From contig NC_068982.1 of NCBI RefSeq assembly GCF_001194135.2, forward strand, positions 72,180,906-72,230,375: a DNA stretch of 49,470 nt, read 5' to 3'. Made by a program: the position numbers and the translations under genes. Shown here piece by piece: positions 47,054 through 49,470 of the stretch (position 1 is the stretch's first letter; the number at the start of each line of letters is the position of its first letter). Source of the DNA: Octopus bimaculoides (taxonomy: Eukaryota). Below the pieces are notes generated by a model. It was not told where the DNA came from. It worked only from the letters and a program-made list of their open reading frames with translations, and did not search any database.

Positions 47054-47705
47054 CAGTGTCTGCCAAACTGTGTGCCGCAAAAAATATTTTCAGGATTTTT
47101 GGGAAACAACAATCCAAGAACATTCACAAAGTTTAAGCACAAATATAAATTAATTGTATAAATTGTAAAATACGGTAAATATAAATTAATTATGTGACAT
47201 GACGAACAACAGTTTTGTTACAATATATTACATTTTAAATTTGAGCCTGCAGGAGCAAACGAAAATATTACAATTACAGGCAAATTAAAGTCTTTCACCA
47301 ACAAGTTACAACTCTGGATAAGGAAAGTTAAAAACTCGCAGCTTCATTGCTTCCCAGACTTAGAGGCTTTACCAAACAAATTAAAAATTTTGTCAGAAGT
47401 GCAGAAGACAGCAGAAAACCTTTCTGTATCAATTTCCAAGTATTTTCCATCACTTGATTATCAAATGTACAAGTGGGTCATCAATCCTTTCGGAAGATAC
47501 AACAGTACACACCTGACGTTAACATTAACAGAAGAAAATTTAATAGACTTGAAAACGATCCTGTGCACAAAGCCTCATTTTCTTTGTCAGAATTGCCAGA
47601 ATTTTGGATCTCGCTTTGGAGCCAATATCGCCGATTAGCTACTACAGCCGTTAAATCTCTGTTGCTCTTTGGATCATCGTATCTTTGCGTATATGGAAAC
47701 AAAGT
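47054..47705 (+). mobile_element. hAT (Charlie/Buster-like) transposon remnant, transposase C-terminus
   Basis: CAGTGTCTGCCAAAC terminus. Translation KLQLWIRKVK...KWVINPF...LPEFWISLWSQYRRLATTAVKSLLLFGSSYLC resembles the hAT dimerisation-domain motif FW...YP.L...A...LLPF.STYLC. Confidence 0.8.
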
Positions 47706-47829
47706 TTAAAAAATGAGTTACATATTTGTTTATCTAATTTAGACCTGCATTTTGACAAAATTCTTTCTCAAAATCAATTGCATCCTTCTTACTAAAAACA
47801 TTATTATTGTATCATATTACCTATATATA

Positions 47830-48540
47830 TCATCATCATCATCATCGTTTAACGTCCGCTTTCCATGCTAGCATGGGTTGGACGATTTGACTGAGGACTG
47901 GTGAAACCGGATGGCAACACCAGGCTCCAGTCTGATTTGGCAGAGTTTCTACAGCTGGATGCCCTTCCTAACGCCAACCACTCAGAGAGTGTAGTGGGTG
48001 CTTTTACGTGTCGCCCGCACGAAAACGGCCACGCTCGAAATGGTGTCTTTTATGTGCCACCCGCACAAGCCAGTCCAGGGGCACTGGCAACGATCTCGCT
48101 CGAAAATCCTACAGGAGCCAGTCNNNNNNNNNNNNNNNNNNNNNNNNNNNNNNNNNNNNNNNNNNNNNNNNNNNNNNNNNNNNNNNNNNNNNNNNNNNNN
48201 NNNNNNNNNNNNNNNNNNNNNNNNNNNNNNNNNNNNNNNNNNNNNNNNNNNNNNNNNNNNNNNNNNNNNNNNNNNNNNNNNNNNNNNNNNNNNNNNNNNN
48301 NNNNNNNNNNNNNNNNNNNNNNNNNNNNNNNNNNNNNNNNNNNNNNNNNNNNNNNNNNNNNNNNNNNNNNNNNNNNNNNNNNNNNNNNNNNNNNNNNNNN
48401 NNNNNNNNNNNNNNNNNNNNNNNNNNNNNNNNNNNNNNNNNNNNNNNNNNNNNNNNNNNNNNNNNNNNNNNNNNNNNNNNNNNNNGATACTTACACTCTG
48501 ACGGGTATTCACATTGACATTACACATCCAACGGAGCATA
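47830..48540 (-). mobile_element. 5'-truncated RTE LINE copy, gap inside
   Basis: MLRWMCNVNVNTRQSVSI identical to the 30755 copy; same (GAT)n tail at 47830. Confidence 0.88.
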
Positions 48541-49371
48541 CATACACACACACACACACTATGTTCATAAAACAATATTGTTTTATTGTTACTATGATAA
48601 GAATTTATTTGTATTCATACTAATAAAGTATATTCAATTTTGTTGGGATTTTTATTTGGTGTGCCACAAAATAAATTCTCCTTGCTTAGGGTGTCGTAAG
48701 GCAGACACTGTTTTAAAGAGTATTGGCTGTGGAACTTAGATCCAGACGTTGGTTATATCCCCTCGGTCAGGATTGACAGGTTTAACGTGATCATGGCATT
48801 GTCTCTTTTATGGCGAGAACAGAACATAGTAAACATGGTGCTAGATCAGCAGACTAGAACTCAATGTTATGATCTCATTCTCTGTTGATATCCAGTTATT
48901 ATAACAAGTGCAGTTTTTCTACAATTGGATGTCCTTCTACTCGCCACCCTCCATCTGTTTCCAAACCCGGTTATATATTACCCCTGGCCAGACATGTTTT
49001 CCACAGAGTACTGAAAACAACACCACACCACTTGTATGAAGGTGATGCTCATTTACAACCATCACATGATGTCAAGACAAGGATACGCACAAACACATGC
49101 ACACATATTAATACAAGTGGCTGAACACTCCACAGACATGCATACCTTTAATGTAGTTCTCTGTAAGATTCAGCATGACACAGAATGCGACAAAGTTGGC
49201 CCTTTGAACCACAGGCACTACACAATTTTGACAGCTGAGTGCACTGGAGCAAATGTGAAATAAAGTGTTTTGCTCGAGGAAGACAATGTGCCACCATGAA
49301 TCAAACTCACAAACATATGATCATGAGCTGCATACCCTAACCAGTAAGCCATGTGCCTTCACGTGTGTATA

Positions 49372-49424
<53 letters not shown>

Positions 49425-49470
49425 GATAGATATATACATGTGTGTGTGTTAGCATCACCATTATGCCAGC

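Noticed and set aside
48768-48782. aggattgacag resembling an 18S rRNA segment
   Set aside because: An 11-nt match with no flanking rRNA similarity.

Overview
Repeat-rich eukaryotic (metazoan) draft-assembly window with 9 N-gaps. The repeat landscape looks octopus-like (inference from recalled repeat sequences, not a database hit). Two intron-split housekeeping genes lie in tandem on the minus strand. (1) A complete NSA2 ribosome-biogenesis gene: 10 coding exons, 26802->8885, 783 nt = 260 aa + stop, all GT-AG and in phase. (2) The 3' half of threonyl-tRNA synthetase (TARS): 8 exons visible, 45661->34477; one short expected exon is not visible and probably lies in an N-gap. The rest is tRNA-type SINEs, RTE LINE fragments and tails, Tc1/mariner, hAT, Helentron-like and TTAA-flanked MITE relics, and microsatellites. 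Nearly all ORFs in the supplied track are repeat-derived or N-spanning artefacts. No CRISPR array, rRNA or true tRNA gene is supported. I cannot demonstrate a new biological system. The best leads are: an intact ThrRS TGS-domain exon lying antisense inside a TARS intron; a mosaic, apparently templated insertion flanked by a 56-bp direct repeat; two strong hairpins; and hammerhead-core-like relics.
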